64,000 nt of DNA from IMG/VR virus record IMGVR_UViG_3300027996_002186, positions 186,001 to 250,000 of that record; one strand, written 5' to 3'. Position numbers and translations under genes: made by a program. The notes under the pieces are model-generated. The model was not told the DNA's origin, searched no databases, and saw nothing but the letters and a program-made list of their open reading frames with translations. The first letter of the stretch is position 1; every line of letters starts with the position of its first letter. Shown here in pieces: positions 19,315-28,530 of the stretch.

Positions 19315-20025
19315 TTATTCTACTTTGATATTGTTTAATCTTTCTTCGATTATTTTGAAATATTCTTCATCCTTTTCTATCATAATATACTTTCTATCTG
19401 ATAAGATACATGCGTGAGCTGTGGTTCCAGTTCCAGCAAAAGTATCCAATACCAAGTCTCCAGGGTTTGAATGTTTCTCTATTAAATCTTTTATTAATCT
19501 TAATGGTTTTTGTGTTGGGTGTTTATATCTTTCTTTACCATGACATATTGGATAACTATAAAGACCATTATCATACTTAGAGTTAAATGTTGGTTTACCA
19601 CCTTTCACAAAACTAAAAAAGTATTCATTTGCGTTAGATAAGTAATTTACTTTTGAATTTATCGGCACGGGGTTTGTTTTTGTCCAGCAAGAAACTCTTT
19701 TTTGTTTAAATTTATATTTATCAGCAGATTCTTTTATTTCATTTGCCTTCCAAATATCATAAAATGTTAATAAGGTTCCGCCTTTTCTCAGAATTCTATA
19801 ATACTCTTTTAGTAAAATATCCCAATTTAATTCTTCTTTATCCCAATCCCCAAAGTCAATTGATATATTTCCATATTTAGAAACTAATTCCTTTGATGTA
19901 TTCTCTGAATAATTTTTAAAATTAGAATCTCTTGATATGAGATAAGGTGGATCTATTAGTATTAAATCTACTGAATTACTTTTTATCTTCGAGAGTTCCA
20001 CTATACAATCACCAAAAATCAACAT
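19315..20025 (-). CDS. N6-adenine/N4-cytosine DNA methyltransferase (beta class)
   Basis: DPPY followed by HPTQKP and DTFAGTGTT. Confidence 0.92.
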   Translation of the reverse strand: MLIFGDCIVELSKIKSNSVDLILIDPPYLISRDSNFKNYSENTSKELVSKYGNISIDFGDWDKEELNWDILLKEYYRILRKGGTLLTFYDIWKANEIKESADKYKFKQKRVSCWTKTNPVPINSKVNYLSNANEYFFSFVKGGKPTFNSKYDNGLYSYPICHGKERYKHPTQKPLRLIKDLIEKHSNPGDLVLDTFAGTGTTAHACILSDRKYIMIEKDEEYFKIIEERLNNIKVE

Positions 20026-20088
20026 AAATTATATATTAACCTACATGAACTTCCTAAAATAAATATATAAGAAAAATAACTATTAGAT

Positions 20089-20859
20089 ATGAGTTTAATC
20101 GGACTAGTTAAAAATCTACTTAATTTACAAAAAAAGTTAGATCCTTGTATATTACCTTCACAAGGATTATTTTATAAAAGCGACTTTGAAATTTGGATAA
20201 AAAAAGCTGATGTAGAAGATATTGTAGCGTATGAGTATAACTTCGTTAAAGACGATCTTGGTGTCATTATACACAAAGTTAAGAACTTAGTAGGGAAGAA
20301 TATTATACTTTCTTATGGGTATTCTTTTAATGATATTAAAAGTATTGATATCATATTTCTGTTTCTGGAAATAGTTAAATTCACTAAGGGTGAGTCTATA
20401 AAATTATCTTATGTTGATGAAGAAACTGGACATGATGATGTTATAGAGTTTGGTCATAATAATTTCAATTATTTTAATATTGATAATGATTTAATGAAAT
20501 TTTATGATAAAGTTACACAGGAATTTATTATAAATGGGTATAAGTACTCTTTACCATCGATTGGAGTTGAGAATAGCTTAACTAACTTTTTAATATCTAA
20601 ATCTGATAGTCCTAATGCTGTTGAGTATAATAATTATTTTTATGATTTTACATATTTCTTGGGTGATAAAACACAATTATCATTTGATGAGATAGATAAC
20701 CTCATACAGATATTTAATTATGATATAGAAAAAGTTGAATTAAGTAAAATTAATAAAATAATGAAAACGTTTATGCCTATTCAAAGTTATTCACTTACTA
20801 AGAATGGTAGGGTTATTGAAATTAGTTCTAAGATAGATTTAGAAAAAATTTGGAAATAA
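20089..20859 (+). CDS. possible baseplate hub assembly protein (gp26/gp51-like)
   Basis: LPSQGLFY N-terminal motif typical of T4-like hub proteins; weak. Confidence 0.4.
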   Translation: MSLIGLVKNLLNLQKKLDPCILPSQGLFYKSDFEIWIKKADVEDIVAYEYNFVKDDLGVIIHKVKNLVGKNIILSYGYSFNDIKSIDIIFLFLEIVKFTKGESIKLSYVDEETGHDDVIEFGHNNFNYFNIDNDLMKFYDKVTQEFIINGYKYSLPSIGVENSLTNFLISKSDSPNAVEYNNYFYDFTYFLGDKTQLSFDEIDNLIQIFNYDIEKVELSKINKIMKTFMPIQSYSLTKNGRVIEISSKIDLEKIWK

Positions 20860-20874
20860 TTTAATATATACTTT

Positions 20875-21711
20875 ATGAATATTCTTAATTGGGAACTATT
20901 TTTAGAAGAACTTGTTGGTGAAAAGCCAATATATGATTTACAATCTTATATTGATGGTATGAGTTTATCTATGCAAGATAAGCTTTTCTTTGTTGATAAG
21001 CTTAATTTTGATACTATTGTTGATTTTGGGTGCGGTGATGGTACTTTTTTAGAAAGTATAATGAAATCAAATCCAAATGTTAAAATAATAGGATATGATT
21101 TAGACGAGACAATGTTATCAAAAGCTAGAACTAGATTAGGTAATAGAGCTTTTCTAACAAGTGATTGGGATGAAGCTACTAGTATGATATTACATTCTAA
21201 GAACCCATTATTAAACCTTAGTTCTGTTATACATGAAGTTTATTCATATTCATTAGGTAATGTTATTAAGAAATTTTGGGAAGAACAAGTTTTTGGTGGT
21301 TATTTTAAATGGATAACTATAAGAGATATGATACCATCACTTGAGATTGGTAGAGAAGAAATAAATATGTTCAAAGATGATGTTAAGAAAGTTAGAAATA
21401 AATGTGATAAATTCTATTTAAAATCTTTTGAGGAAAGATGGGGTGATATAAATGATAATTATAAAGTATTTATACATTACTTATTAAAGTATAGATATAC
21501 CGATAATTGGGAGAGAGAGGTAAATGAAGATTACTTACCTGTTTCATTAGAAACTGTTAAGACTAAGATACCAAGTAGTTATAAAATTGTTTATGAGCAA
21601 GATTTTCTTTTAGATTTCTTAAAAAGGCAAGTGAAAAAAGATTTCAATGTTCACTTAACACACTCAACACATACTAAAATGATCATACAAAATAAGAATT
21701 TCAAGAGATGA
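20875..21711 (+). CDS. class I SAM-dependent methyltransferase with CTS-like leader
   Basis: IVDFGCGDG, GYDLDETML, SSVIHE; TAATATATA-cttt-ATG. Confidence 0.8.
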   Translation: MNILNWELFLEELVGEKPIYDLQSYIDGMSLSMQDKLFFVDKLNFDTIVDFGCGDGTFLESIMKSNPNVKIIGYDLDETMLSKARTRLGNRAFLTSDWDEATSMILHSKNPLLNLSSVIHEVYSYSLGNVIKKFWEEQVFGGYFKWITIRDMIPSLEIGREEINMFKDDVKKVRNKCDKFYLKSFEERWGDINDNYKVFIHYLLKYRYTDNWEREVNEDYLPVSLETVKTKIPSSYKIVYEQDFLLDFLKRQVKKDFNVHLTHSTHTKMIIQNKNFKR

Positions 21712-22442
21712 GAATAAAGAAGTGGGATAATTTCCAAATTATAAACGAATCTTTTTCTAGATCTAATGAGTATTCTGATTTTTTATCAGATAACGCATTA
21801 TCTGATGATTTTTTCACTGATAGTCTTAGAGAGGTTATTGATATGAGTAATTGTAGTGTGAGTGTTCATAAAATGATAAGTGATCCAAAGGGGTTATTCG
21901 TAAAAGAATTTACAGATGGTGTAGAGTATAAGATAAAGTATATGATACTTATTGTTTTTAAACAAAAGCCTGATCACACATTCGATGAGTTTTCTGGTAT
22001 TGTTGATGATTTATCCGTAGTTAGAATGTCTATTCAGGAGATGATTGATAGGTCTGGTGAATTAGAATTAAACCATAATAAAGTTCTAGTTGAGCCTATT
22101 TCAAGTAAAAACAGTTCTGGTGATGCTTCTCATACAACATTTTATATACACTTCCTTGGTGAGGATATTAGTGATAAGCTTAAAGATTATTATCAGAGAT
22201 GGGACACATCTATTGGAGATGAATACCGAAAAATGATGAAAAAGTTAAGAGATTTTTATAAAACACATGATATAGATTTTGATGATGTTTATGATACCAT
22301 GGACGATGATGATAACATAAATATTGGTGTTTTCCCACCAAATGAAGAATTACATCACGTAGCTACTTATCATAAGAATACTAATAAGTATAATATTTAT
22401 CACGATGAGTTAAAAGATTCCTTAAAATCATTTGAAGGATGA
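21708..22442 (+). CDS. hypothetical protein with CTS-like leader
   Basis: 244 aa MRIKKWDNFQIINES. Confidence 0.75.
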   Translation: MRIKKWDNFQIINESFSRSNEYSDFLSDNALSDDFFTDSLREVIDMSNCSVSVHKMISDPKGLFVKEFTDGVEYKIKYMILIVFKQKPDHTFDEFSGIVDDLSVVRMSIQEMIDRSGELELNHNKVLVEPISSKNSSGDASHTTFYIHFLGEDISDKLKDYYQRWDTSIGDEYRKMMKKLRDFYKTHDIDFDDVYDTMDDDDNINIGVFPPNEELHHVATYHKNTNKYNIYHDELKDSLKSFEG

Positions 22443-22516
22443 AATATTTAAAGAAATATAACGAATCATTACGTCAACGTTTTTCAAAAACAATACAATT
22501 AATTTTCATTAAATAA
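22439..22516 (+). pseudogene. 25-codon stub: CTS leader with no body
   Basis: MKYLKKYNESLRQRFSKTIQLIFIK*; first 30 nt nearly identical to the start of 47814. Confidence 0.5.
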
Positions 22517-22536
22517 AGTAGTATAGTGTAAATTAT

Positions 22537-22547
22537 CCTTATATTTG
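22537..22547 (+). promoter_or_regulatory. early promoter CCTTATATTTG
   Basis: Exact 11-mer, 5 nt before ATG 22553. Confidence 0.75.
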
Positions 22548-22552
22548 CATTA

Positions 22553-23152
22553 ATGAAATACGAAAAACAAAATATTTACTTTATATCAGATTTCCATGTT
22601 GGTCACAAAAACGTGTTAAAATTTGATGGTCGTCCTTTTCAGGACACAGAGGAAATGCACACTGAGTTAATCAAAAGATGGAATTCAGTAATCGAAGACG
22701 ATGATATTGTTTATTACTTAGGTGATTTAGCATTTTGTCGAGACGAACTAGCTCAATGGTTCATACATTCACTAAAAGGAAAAATACATTTTATAATGGG
22801 TAATCACGACAAACTTAAAAAAATACGTAAGTATGGTCGTTGGGAAGAAATCTATGAATATGGAACAGAAATCTTTATTAAAGATGAAGATTTGAAATCT
22901 ACTCGTGGTATGAACGGATATCAACAAATTATAATGACACATTATCCAATTTTAAGTTGGAACAGAGCACATTATGGTAGTTGGCATTTACACGGTCATT
23001 GTCATGGAAGTTTAATGAAGTCTAACCAAGATTATTACAAAAGAAAGGTAATAGATGTTGGTTGTAACGTAATAGATTATACACCAGCTTCTTATGAAGA
23101 AATAAAAGGTGTAATGCTTAAAAAGGATATTATATCAGTTGATCATCACTAA
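22553..23152 (+). CDS. calcineurin-like metallophosphoesterase
   Basis: SDFHVGH, LGD, GNHD, HYP, LHGHCH, DVG. Confidence 0.9.
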   Translation: MKYEKQNIYFISDFHVGHKNVLKFDGRPFQDTEEMHTELIKRWNSVIEDDDIVYYLGDLAFCRDELAQWFIHSLKGKIHFIMGNHDKLKKIRKYGRWEEIYEYGTEIFIKDEDLKSTRGMNGYQQIIMTHYPILSWNRAHYGSWHLHGHCHGSLMKSNQDYYKRKVIDVGCNVIDYTPASYEEIKGVMLKKDIISVDHH

Positions 23153-23340
23153 TGAGAAGTTTACAAACCGAATTAAAACACTTAAAAATGTTAATAAACT
23201 CAACATATTCAACTGGAACAAGAGATGGATATTTTGATGATGTCTATGATAGAATTAATGATAGAATTAAAGCTGTAAAATACAAAATATACAAAATTCA
23301 AAAACGAAAAAGTAAAATAAATAAATTATATGGAAGATAG
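23152..23340 (+). CDS. small hypothetical protein (RKSKINKL motif)
   Basis: 62 aa, translationally coupled on both sides. Confidence 0.65.
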   Translation: MRSLQTELKHLKMLINSTYSTGTRDGYFDDVYDRINDRIKAVKYKIYKIQKRKSKINKLYGR

Positions 23341-23662
23341 GTGGGATGTACAAAAAGTGTTTTGTATAAAAGCATATAAAACACTTAAACTTACTAGTGG
23401 TTACTCTATAAAAGGTAGAGGTAACTTAACATATAATGCTGACCCAGAAGTTGGTGGTAAAAAGGGCCACGGATATGGTATAGAAGATGATATGTTTGGG
23501 TATGATCCTGATAATGTTAATTGGTGGAAATTACCACATAATAAAAGAGTGAAAATGTACTACTTTACTGAAAGTGAAATGAGTGAATACTTTATCACTG
23601 ATAGTGAAAACTATAAGATATATTTAAGAGATCAAAAAATTAATAGTGTTATAAATGATTGA
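23330..23662 (+). CDS. hypothetical protein (C-terminal RDQKINSVI motif)
   Basis: 110 aa. Confidence 0.7.
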   Translation: MEDRWDVQKVFCIKAYKTLKLTSGYSIKGRGNLTYNADPEVGGKKGHGYGIEDDMFGYDPDNVNWWKLPHNKRVKMYYFTESEMSEYFITDSENYKIYLRDQKINSVIND

Positions 23663-24272
23663 TATTTTTGGAATAAAACCATTAGACTTAAACAACGTTG
23701 TTTGTCACTCAGGAGGTGCTCAAGGTTCTGATACTTATTGGGAAAATATAGGAGAAGAATTTGGTGTTAAAACAAAAGCTTATTCATATAAAACAAAATA
23801 TCACGAATCTAAAAATAAGGTGGAAATATCAGAAGAAGATTATAAAGAAGGTATTATAGAAGTAAAAAAGGCAAATAAGTTTCTTAATAGATATGGTATA
23901 AGTAAGTATATGAATATGCTTGCCCGTAATTGGTCACAGGTAAAATATTCTGATGAAATATTCGCGATTGGTTATATTGTGAAAGTAGGAAAGAAAAATA
24001 TTAAAGGATATTATAATAGAGGTAAATTTGATATGGTTGATGGTGGTACTGGATATGCTGTTCAGATGGCTATAAATAATCAAAAACCGGTTTATGTTTA
24101 TGACCAAAAGGTAGATGAATGGTTTAGGTGGTCTTATTCTTCTTTGAGTTTTATACAGATGAAGGATAGTCCAAAAATAAAATTTCAAAATTTTGCTGGT
24201 ATTGGAACACGACAAATTAGTAAAAATGGTATAGAAGTTATAACAGAAATTTATAATAAAACATTTATATGA
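23655..24272 (+). CDS. SLOG/DprA-like nucleotide-binding protein
   Basis: HSGGAQGSD, ARN, DGGTGYAV, FAGIGTR. Confidence 0.65.
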   Translation: MIDIFGIKPLDLNNVVCHSGGAQGSDTYWENIGEEFGVKTKAYSYKTKYHESKNKVEISEEDYKEGIIEVKKANKFLNRYGISKYMNMLARNWSQVKYSDEIFAIGYIVKVGKKNIKGYYNRGKFDMVDGGTGYAVQMAINNQKPVYVYDQKVDEWFRWSYSSLSFIQMKDSPKIKFQNFAGIGTRQISKNGIEVITEIYNKTFI

Positions 24273-24667
24273 GAATAAGTTTTGATTTTGATGGTACGCT
24301 AGAAGATGAATTCGGTGGAGTACCAGTTAATGAACAAAAGTTGGAGATTCAGTCTCTAGCTAAAAGATATATTAGTGAAGGTCATGATGTAATGATATTA
24401 ACTAAAAGATATGGACCTGAGAATGATTATGATAGATTGAAAAATGAGCATTTAGAAGTTTATAACTTAGCAAAAGAATTGGGTATAGAAAAGGTTTATT
24501 TTACCAATCGGGAAATGAAATTTTCACATATAATTATATTACAGATTGATAGACATTTTGAAAATGATGATTATGAGGTAAATTTAATAAATAAAGTTTG
24601 TGTCGAAAGGGGACATAATTGTTTGGTTGTGCCTGTTGAGGAACAAAATTGGAGAGAATTATTATGA
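24269..24667 (+). CDS. HAD-superfamily hydrolase
   Basis: ISFDFDGTL, ILTKR, HFEND. Confidence 0.7.
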   Translation: MRISFDFDGTLEDEFGGVPVNEQKLEIQSLAKRYISEGHDVMILTKRYGPENDYDRLKNEHLEVYNLAKELGIEKVYFTNREMKFSHIIILQIDRHFENDDYEVNLINKVCVERGHNCLVVPVEEQNWRELL

Positions 24668-25260
24668 AAAGGAGAGAGGATTTAGTCAGATTCATAAGAA
24701 GGTCCCAAACCTTTATATCAATTATGTTATTTTTTGGTGTGTTTTTATTTTGCTGGGATATTACCGGATTTGAATTAACAGAGATACAATTATCTAAATG
24801 GGGAGAAACAGGATCAATTGTTGAGAGAATTTGGAATGGTGTAATTTGTTTACTATCCATTTCTATATTTCTAAATACACATTTCTATATAAAGCATAAT
24901 AAAAGGATTAAGTATAAGAATGTGTCACACATAATGTTTTCATTTGTTTCATTTGTTTTATTTATGGTTGGATTCTTTAATGTTGATTATTATTTTTTAC
25001 ATAATTTTGGAGCTTATCTATACTTCTTTACATTTCCGTTTTTTATATTTTTGTTTGCTCATATACATAGAAAATCATTAAAATACCAAGATTGGATCCA
25101 CCACATGATATTATCTATATGTATGATGGTATTTCCTTTGATATTCTTATCATTTTTCAATGGTATGGCTATTTCGGAGATTGCTCATACAATATTTGTA
25201 GTTTTGTGGAACTTTAAAATAGCTTTTAAGAGAATATTACCTCATAACAGAAGTATTTAA
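24664..25260 (+). CDS. multi-pass membrane protein (DUF998-like)
   Basis: About 6 hydrophobic segments; LSKWG; H-x-x-GA; ATG 24664 overlaps upstream stop. Confidence 0.65.
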   Translation: MKRREDLVRFIRRSQTFISIMLFFGVFLFCWDITGFELTEIQLSKWGETGSIVERIWNGVICLLSISIFLNTHFYIKHNKRIKYKNVSHIMFSFVSFVLFMVGFFNVDYYFLHNFGAYLYFFTFPFFIFLFAHIHRKSLKYQDWIHHMILSICMMVFPLIFLSFFNGMAISEIAHTIFVVLWNFKIAFKRILPHNRSI

Positions 25261-25272
25261 GAGATTCGAAGA

Positions 25273-25299
25273 TAAACATTTTATTGTATTAATATATAA
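25273..25299 (+). promoter_or_regulatory. TAAAC-N17-TATAA promoter overlapping a late box
   Basis: TAAAC 25273-77, TATAA 25295-99; TAATATATA 25290-98 lies 4 nt before ATG. Confidence 0.6.
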
Positions 25300-25302
25300 G
25301 TA

Positions 25303-25782
25303 ATGAATAAATTTAGTGAAATGATAAACGAAAGTAATTCATCCAAAATTAAATTGGGTATCGATGTTCATGGTGTTATAGATGCCATGCCGGAGTTTTT
25401 TGCATTCATGACAGATGCTTTTGTAAAAAATGGAGGTGAAGTGCATATAATTACTGGTGGATCTTGGACTGATGAAATGAAATCAGAAATCGATTCTTAT
25501 GGTATTAAATACACACACGTTTTTTCTGTTTATGATTTTCTTGTTAAAGGTGATTCTTTAGTTACTGGTGAGATTGAATTTCCTGATGGAACTATACAAA
25601 GTAAGTTTCGTAATGAAGATTGGGATGTGGTTAAAGCTAATTATTGTAGAGATAATGGTATAACTTTACACTTGGATGATACTATATCTTATAATGAATT
25701 CTTTACCACACCATTTGCTAGGTTCTGGAGTCATTCTGGTCAAAAGAAGAAGCCACATAAAGATGTTAGACATATGAACTAA
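25303..25782 (+). CDS. HAD-like protein with CTS-like leader
   Basis: MNKFSEMINES; LGIDVHGVID, IITGG, K, HLDD. Confidence 0.7.
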   Translation: MNKFSEMINESNSSKIKLGIDVHGVIDAMPEFFAFMTDAFVKNGGEVHIITGGSWTDEMKSEIDSYGIKYTHVFSVYDFLVKGDSLVTGEIEFPDGTIQSKFRNEDWDVVKANYCRDNGITLHLDDTISYNEFFTTPFARFWSHSGQKKKPHKDVRHMN

Positions 25783-25806
25783 ACATTTAATGTTTAAAGA
25801 GTATAA
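25780..25806 (+). promoter_or_regulatory. TAAAC-N17-TATAA promoter
   Basis: Exact 17-nt spacing shared by six plus-strand sites. Confidence 0.6.
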
Positions 25807-25858
25807 TTATTAAATTATACTTTTTTTATGCACAAAAAACCCGAATTTTCTATAAAAG

Positions 25859-26242
25859 ATGGCGATAACGAAAAACAAAATACAATTAATGGATAATACT
25901 TTATCTCTAGAGTTAGAGTTAGAGTTAGACTATTATTGTTATTATTGGAATTATTACTATGAAGATTATGATTATGATTGGGAAGATGAAAGAGAACCTT
26001 GTTGGCGATATTTAGAAACTCCTAACATTACTTATAATATAATAGAGACTAGAGGAAATGCTAAGTATTTTAGAAGAAATGTTATGGATATTGGTAAGAT
26101 GATAGATATGGATACTATATATACAAAGGAAAAAATGAGAGAAAGAAAGATAGATCAAATACTTGGATTACTTCCAGATTATGTTAATAACCCAACACTT
26201 GGTGATTTTTTCCACAAAAAAGAAATAAATTATGAAGATTGA
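25859..26242 (+). CDS. hypothetical protein, Tyr/Asp-rich tract and RERKIDQIL motif
   Basis: 127 aa; GAGTTA x3 microrepeat encodes LELELEL. Confidence 0.65.
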   Translation: MAITKNKIQLMDNTLSLELELELDYYCYYWNYYYEDYDYDWEDEREPCWRYLETPNITYNIIETRGNAKYFRRNVMDIGKMIDMDTIYTKEKMRERKIDQILGLLPDYVNNPTLGDFFHKKEINYED

Positions 26243-27485
26243 AATATACAATGGTGATTGGAAAGTGGATTATATAAATAATAACCCAAATAAGATATTT
26301 GTTTTTTGTGATAATAATGCTAGAATAGGTAAAGTTGGTCAATCTATTATAAGAGATTTATCTAACAGTATGGGTATAAGAACTAAAAAGGGGCCAAGTA
26401 ATAAAAGTGTATCTTTTTATAAAGACTCTGAGTATGAAAAAAATTGTAAAAATATATTAGAAGATATTCTAGATATAAAGGAAGAATCATTAAAAGGCTC
26501 TACTATTGTTTTTTCTGATGTTGGTTATGGTGGATTATTATCTTCTTTGAATAAAAAAGCACCCAAAACTTTTAAATATCTTTGTCAATCATTGAAAGAC
26601 CATTTTAACTTTGATAATGAGAAGGGTAAAAAATGGAATAAAATACCAGGACATGATGAAATAACAAGAGGTGTTTATGTTTCTTTAGATAATACAAATA
26701 AAGATATTTTACAACCAGTTAATAACAGTTATTTTAAACCAGAGTTTTTGGAAAAGGGATTAAATACGACTTTTGATTTAATTAAAACAGAAAATAAAGT
26801 ATCCTTTACATCCTCTAAAGAATATAAAAATGATGATGTTATCATATTCACATTTAGTGGTAAAGAACATATAGTTTGTAGAGTTATTTGTTCTTATAGT
26901 ATGGAACTTACTCTTAAAGATTATAAATGGTATTCATTTGAAGGATTTGATAATAGTTTTAGTATAGCTGGTCCTGATCCTGTTTTAAACAGTAAACAAG
27001 ATGGTTATAAATACCAAACACACTTTCAATTTATTTGTACATTAAATGATAAGGGTAATATGGTATTTAAGAATGATATTTTTTCTAATGAAATTAAAAG
27101 AGAAATAAAAGATAATAAGGAGTTGAAAAATGAAGAAAATGTAAAAGTAGTTCATATAAAAAAAGAAAATGAGAAAATGAGTGTTAGTAATGAAGAAATA
27201 TTTAAGGTTCTTAAAAGTATTGAATCTAAACTTGAGAAAAGAAAATTTAAGAATATATTCAAGAAAAAAACATTAGATGAGTTAGTTCAAGAACTTGGTG
27301 ATGTTTTGAAAATCGATAAAATCGAAAGTGGACTTTCGAGTAATAAATATCAAATAGAAATAAGGGATATTATCGAACCGATAGTTGATGGTGGTTCTAT
27401 ATTTTATGTGGTTGATTTCAATGAGGGATTTTTCCGAAATAAAATTGATGTTATAATGAAATTGAATACATCAGTTATTAGTTAA
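26232..27485 (+). CDS. hypothetical protein with macro-domain-related N-terminus
   Basis: IFVFCDN..R.G..GQ..IR...N..GI.TK motif; 417 aa. Confidence 0.55.
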   Translation: MKIEIYNGDWKVDYINNNPNKIFVFCDNNARIGKVGQSIIRDLSNSMGIRTKKGPSNKSVSFYKDSEYEKNCKNILEDILDIKEESLKGSTIVFSDVGYGGLLSSLNKKAPKTFKYLCQSLKDHFNFDNEKGKKWNKIPGHDEITRGVYVSLDNTNKDILQPVNNSYFKPEFLEKGLNTTFDLIKTENKVSFTSSKEYKNDDVIIFTFSGKEHIVCRVICSYSMELTLKDYKWYSFEGFDNSFSIAGPDPVLNSKQDGYKYQTHFQFICTLNDKGNMVFKNDIFSNEIKREIKDNKELKNEENVKVVHIKKENEKMSVSNEEIFKVLKSIESKLEKRKFKNIFKKKTLDELVQELGDVLKIDKIESGLSSNKYQIEIRDIIEPIVDGGSIFYVVDFNEGFFRNKIDVIMKLNTSVIS

Positions 27486-27498
27486 TTCGATAATTTTT

Positions 27499-27509
27499 CC
27501 TTATATTTG
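27499..27509 (+). promoter_or_regulatory. early promoter CCTTATATTTG
   Basis: Exact 11-mer upstream of micro-ORF and tRNA. Confidence 0.75.
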
Positions 27510-27533
27510 TTATCTAATTAAAACAATTAAGAT

Positions 27534-27713
27534 ATGTATATAGAATCAATTATAAATGACTACGCTGAAAGAAGTGATGTTGATGCTTCTAGTTTCCAAT
27601 TTCTTATAACAATGTCAGAAGATTATAAGAACCAGATTGAGATGGATACAATCAACAAAGATGGGTTAGTGGATATTAATTCTGATAACGAAGTAAACGA
27701 TTTACCCTTTTAA
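27534..27713 (+). CDS. 59-aa acidic protein ending in SSB-like tail NDLPF (not in ORF track)
   Basis: MYIESIINDYAERSDVDASSFQFLITMSEDYKNQIEMDTINKDGLVDINSDNEVNDLPF*. Confidence 0.7.
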   Translation: MYIESIINDYAERSDVDASSFQFLITMSEDYKNQIEMDTINKDGLVDINSDNEVNDLPF

Positions 27714-27718
27714 TATAA

Positions 27719-27789
27719 GGTCGGGTGGCCGAGTGAATAGGTGGAGACCTGCAAAGTCTTTTACGGTGGTTGAAATCCATCCCCGACCT
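27719..27789 (+). tRNA. tRNA-Cys(GCA)
   Basis: Acceptor GGTCGGG/CCCGACC, anticodon arm GAGAC-CTGCAAA-GTCTT, T arm GGTGG-TTGAAAT-CCATC, discriminator U; CCA not encoded. Confidence 0.9.
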
Positions 27790-27836
27790 CTAATTTTCCT
27801 TTTTAAGTCTATTGAGTTGTTTAATTGATATATTTT

Positions 27837-27847
27837 CCTTATATTTG
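27837..27847 (+). promoter_or_regulatory. early promoter CCTTATATTTG
   Basis: Exact 11-mer, 4 nt before ATG 27852. Confidence 0.75.
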
Positions 27848-27851
27848 TTTT

Positions 27852-28490
27852 ATGGCAAGATACAACACTTATAGATATATTTACCCACCCCGTCCAAAGA
27901 ACGCTATACCAACAACTGACTTGGATTTCTGGGATGGTGGTTCCTTATTAGCTCAACCTAAATTTAATGGTTCAAATTGTGTTATCTTCACCAATGGTGT
28001 TGATAGTATGGTTATGAATAGACATAATCAAAGGTTGACAAACTTTAGATTAACACCAAATGAAATTAAAGATATTTATCGGGGTAATGGTGATTGGATG
28101 GTTATTAACGGAGAGTATATGAATAAGAGTAAGAAAGATGAAACTAAAAAAGTTTTCAATCATAAATTTGTTATATTTGATATTCTTACATTTGGTGGTG
28201 AATATTTAGTTGGTCAAACTTTCTCACAGAGAGTTGAATTACTTGACAATATTTATGGTAAGATTGAGTGTGAAAAAGATTATGTTTATAAAGTAACTGA
28301 TAATGTTTATCGAGTTAAATCATATGATGATGGATTTCTTGATTTATTTAATACATTAACCCCAATCGATATGATAGAAGGTCTTGTTATGAAACGTAAG
28401 AATGCCAAACTTGAAATCGGTGTTAATGAACTTAACAATGTCAAGAGTCAGATTAAATGTCGTAAAGTTACTAAGAATTATAAATTCTAA
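27852..28490 (+). CDS. ATP-dependent ligase adenylation domain (no OB domain)
   Basis: Motif I QPKFNG, III INGEYM, IIIa FDIL, IV EGLVMK, V KCRK. Confidence 0.8.
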   Translation: MARYNTYRYIYPPRPKNAIPTTDLDFWDGGSLLAQPKFNGSNCVIFTNGVDSMVMNRHNQRLTNFRLTPNEIKDIYRGNGDWMVINGEYMNKSKKDETKKVFNHKFVIFDILTFGGEYLVGQTFSQRVELLDNIYGKIECEKDYVYKVTDNVYRVKSYDDGFLDLFNTLTPIDMIEGLVMKRKNAKLEIGVNELNNVKSQIKCRKVTKNYKF

Positions 28491-28530
28491 ATTAGTAACT
28501 TAATATATAATAAAAACTCATAATAAATTA

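Noticed and set aside
25915-25990. GAGTTA x3 and TAT-rich tract as a regulatory repeat
   Set aside because: In-frame low-complexity coding (LELELEL, Tyr/Asp-rich); no further structure.
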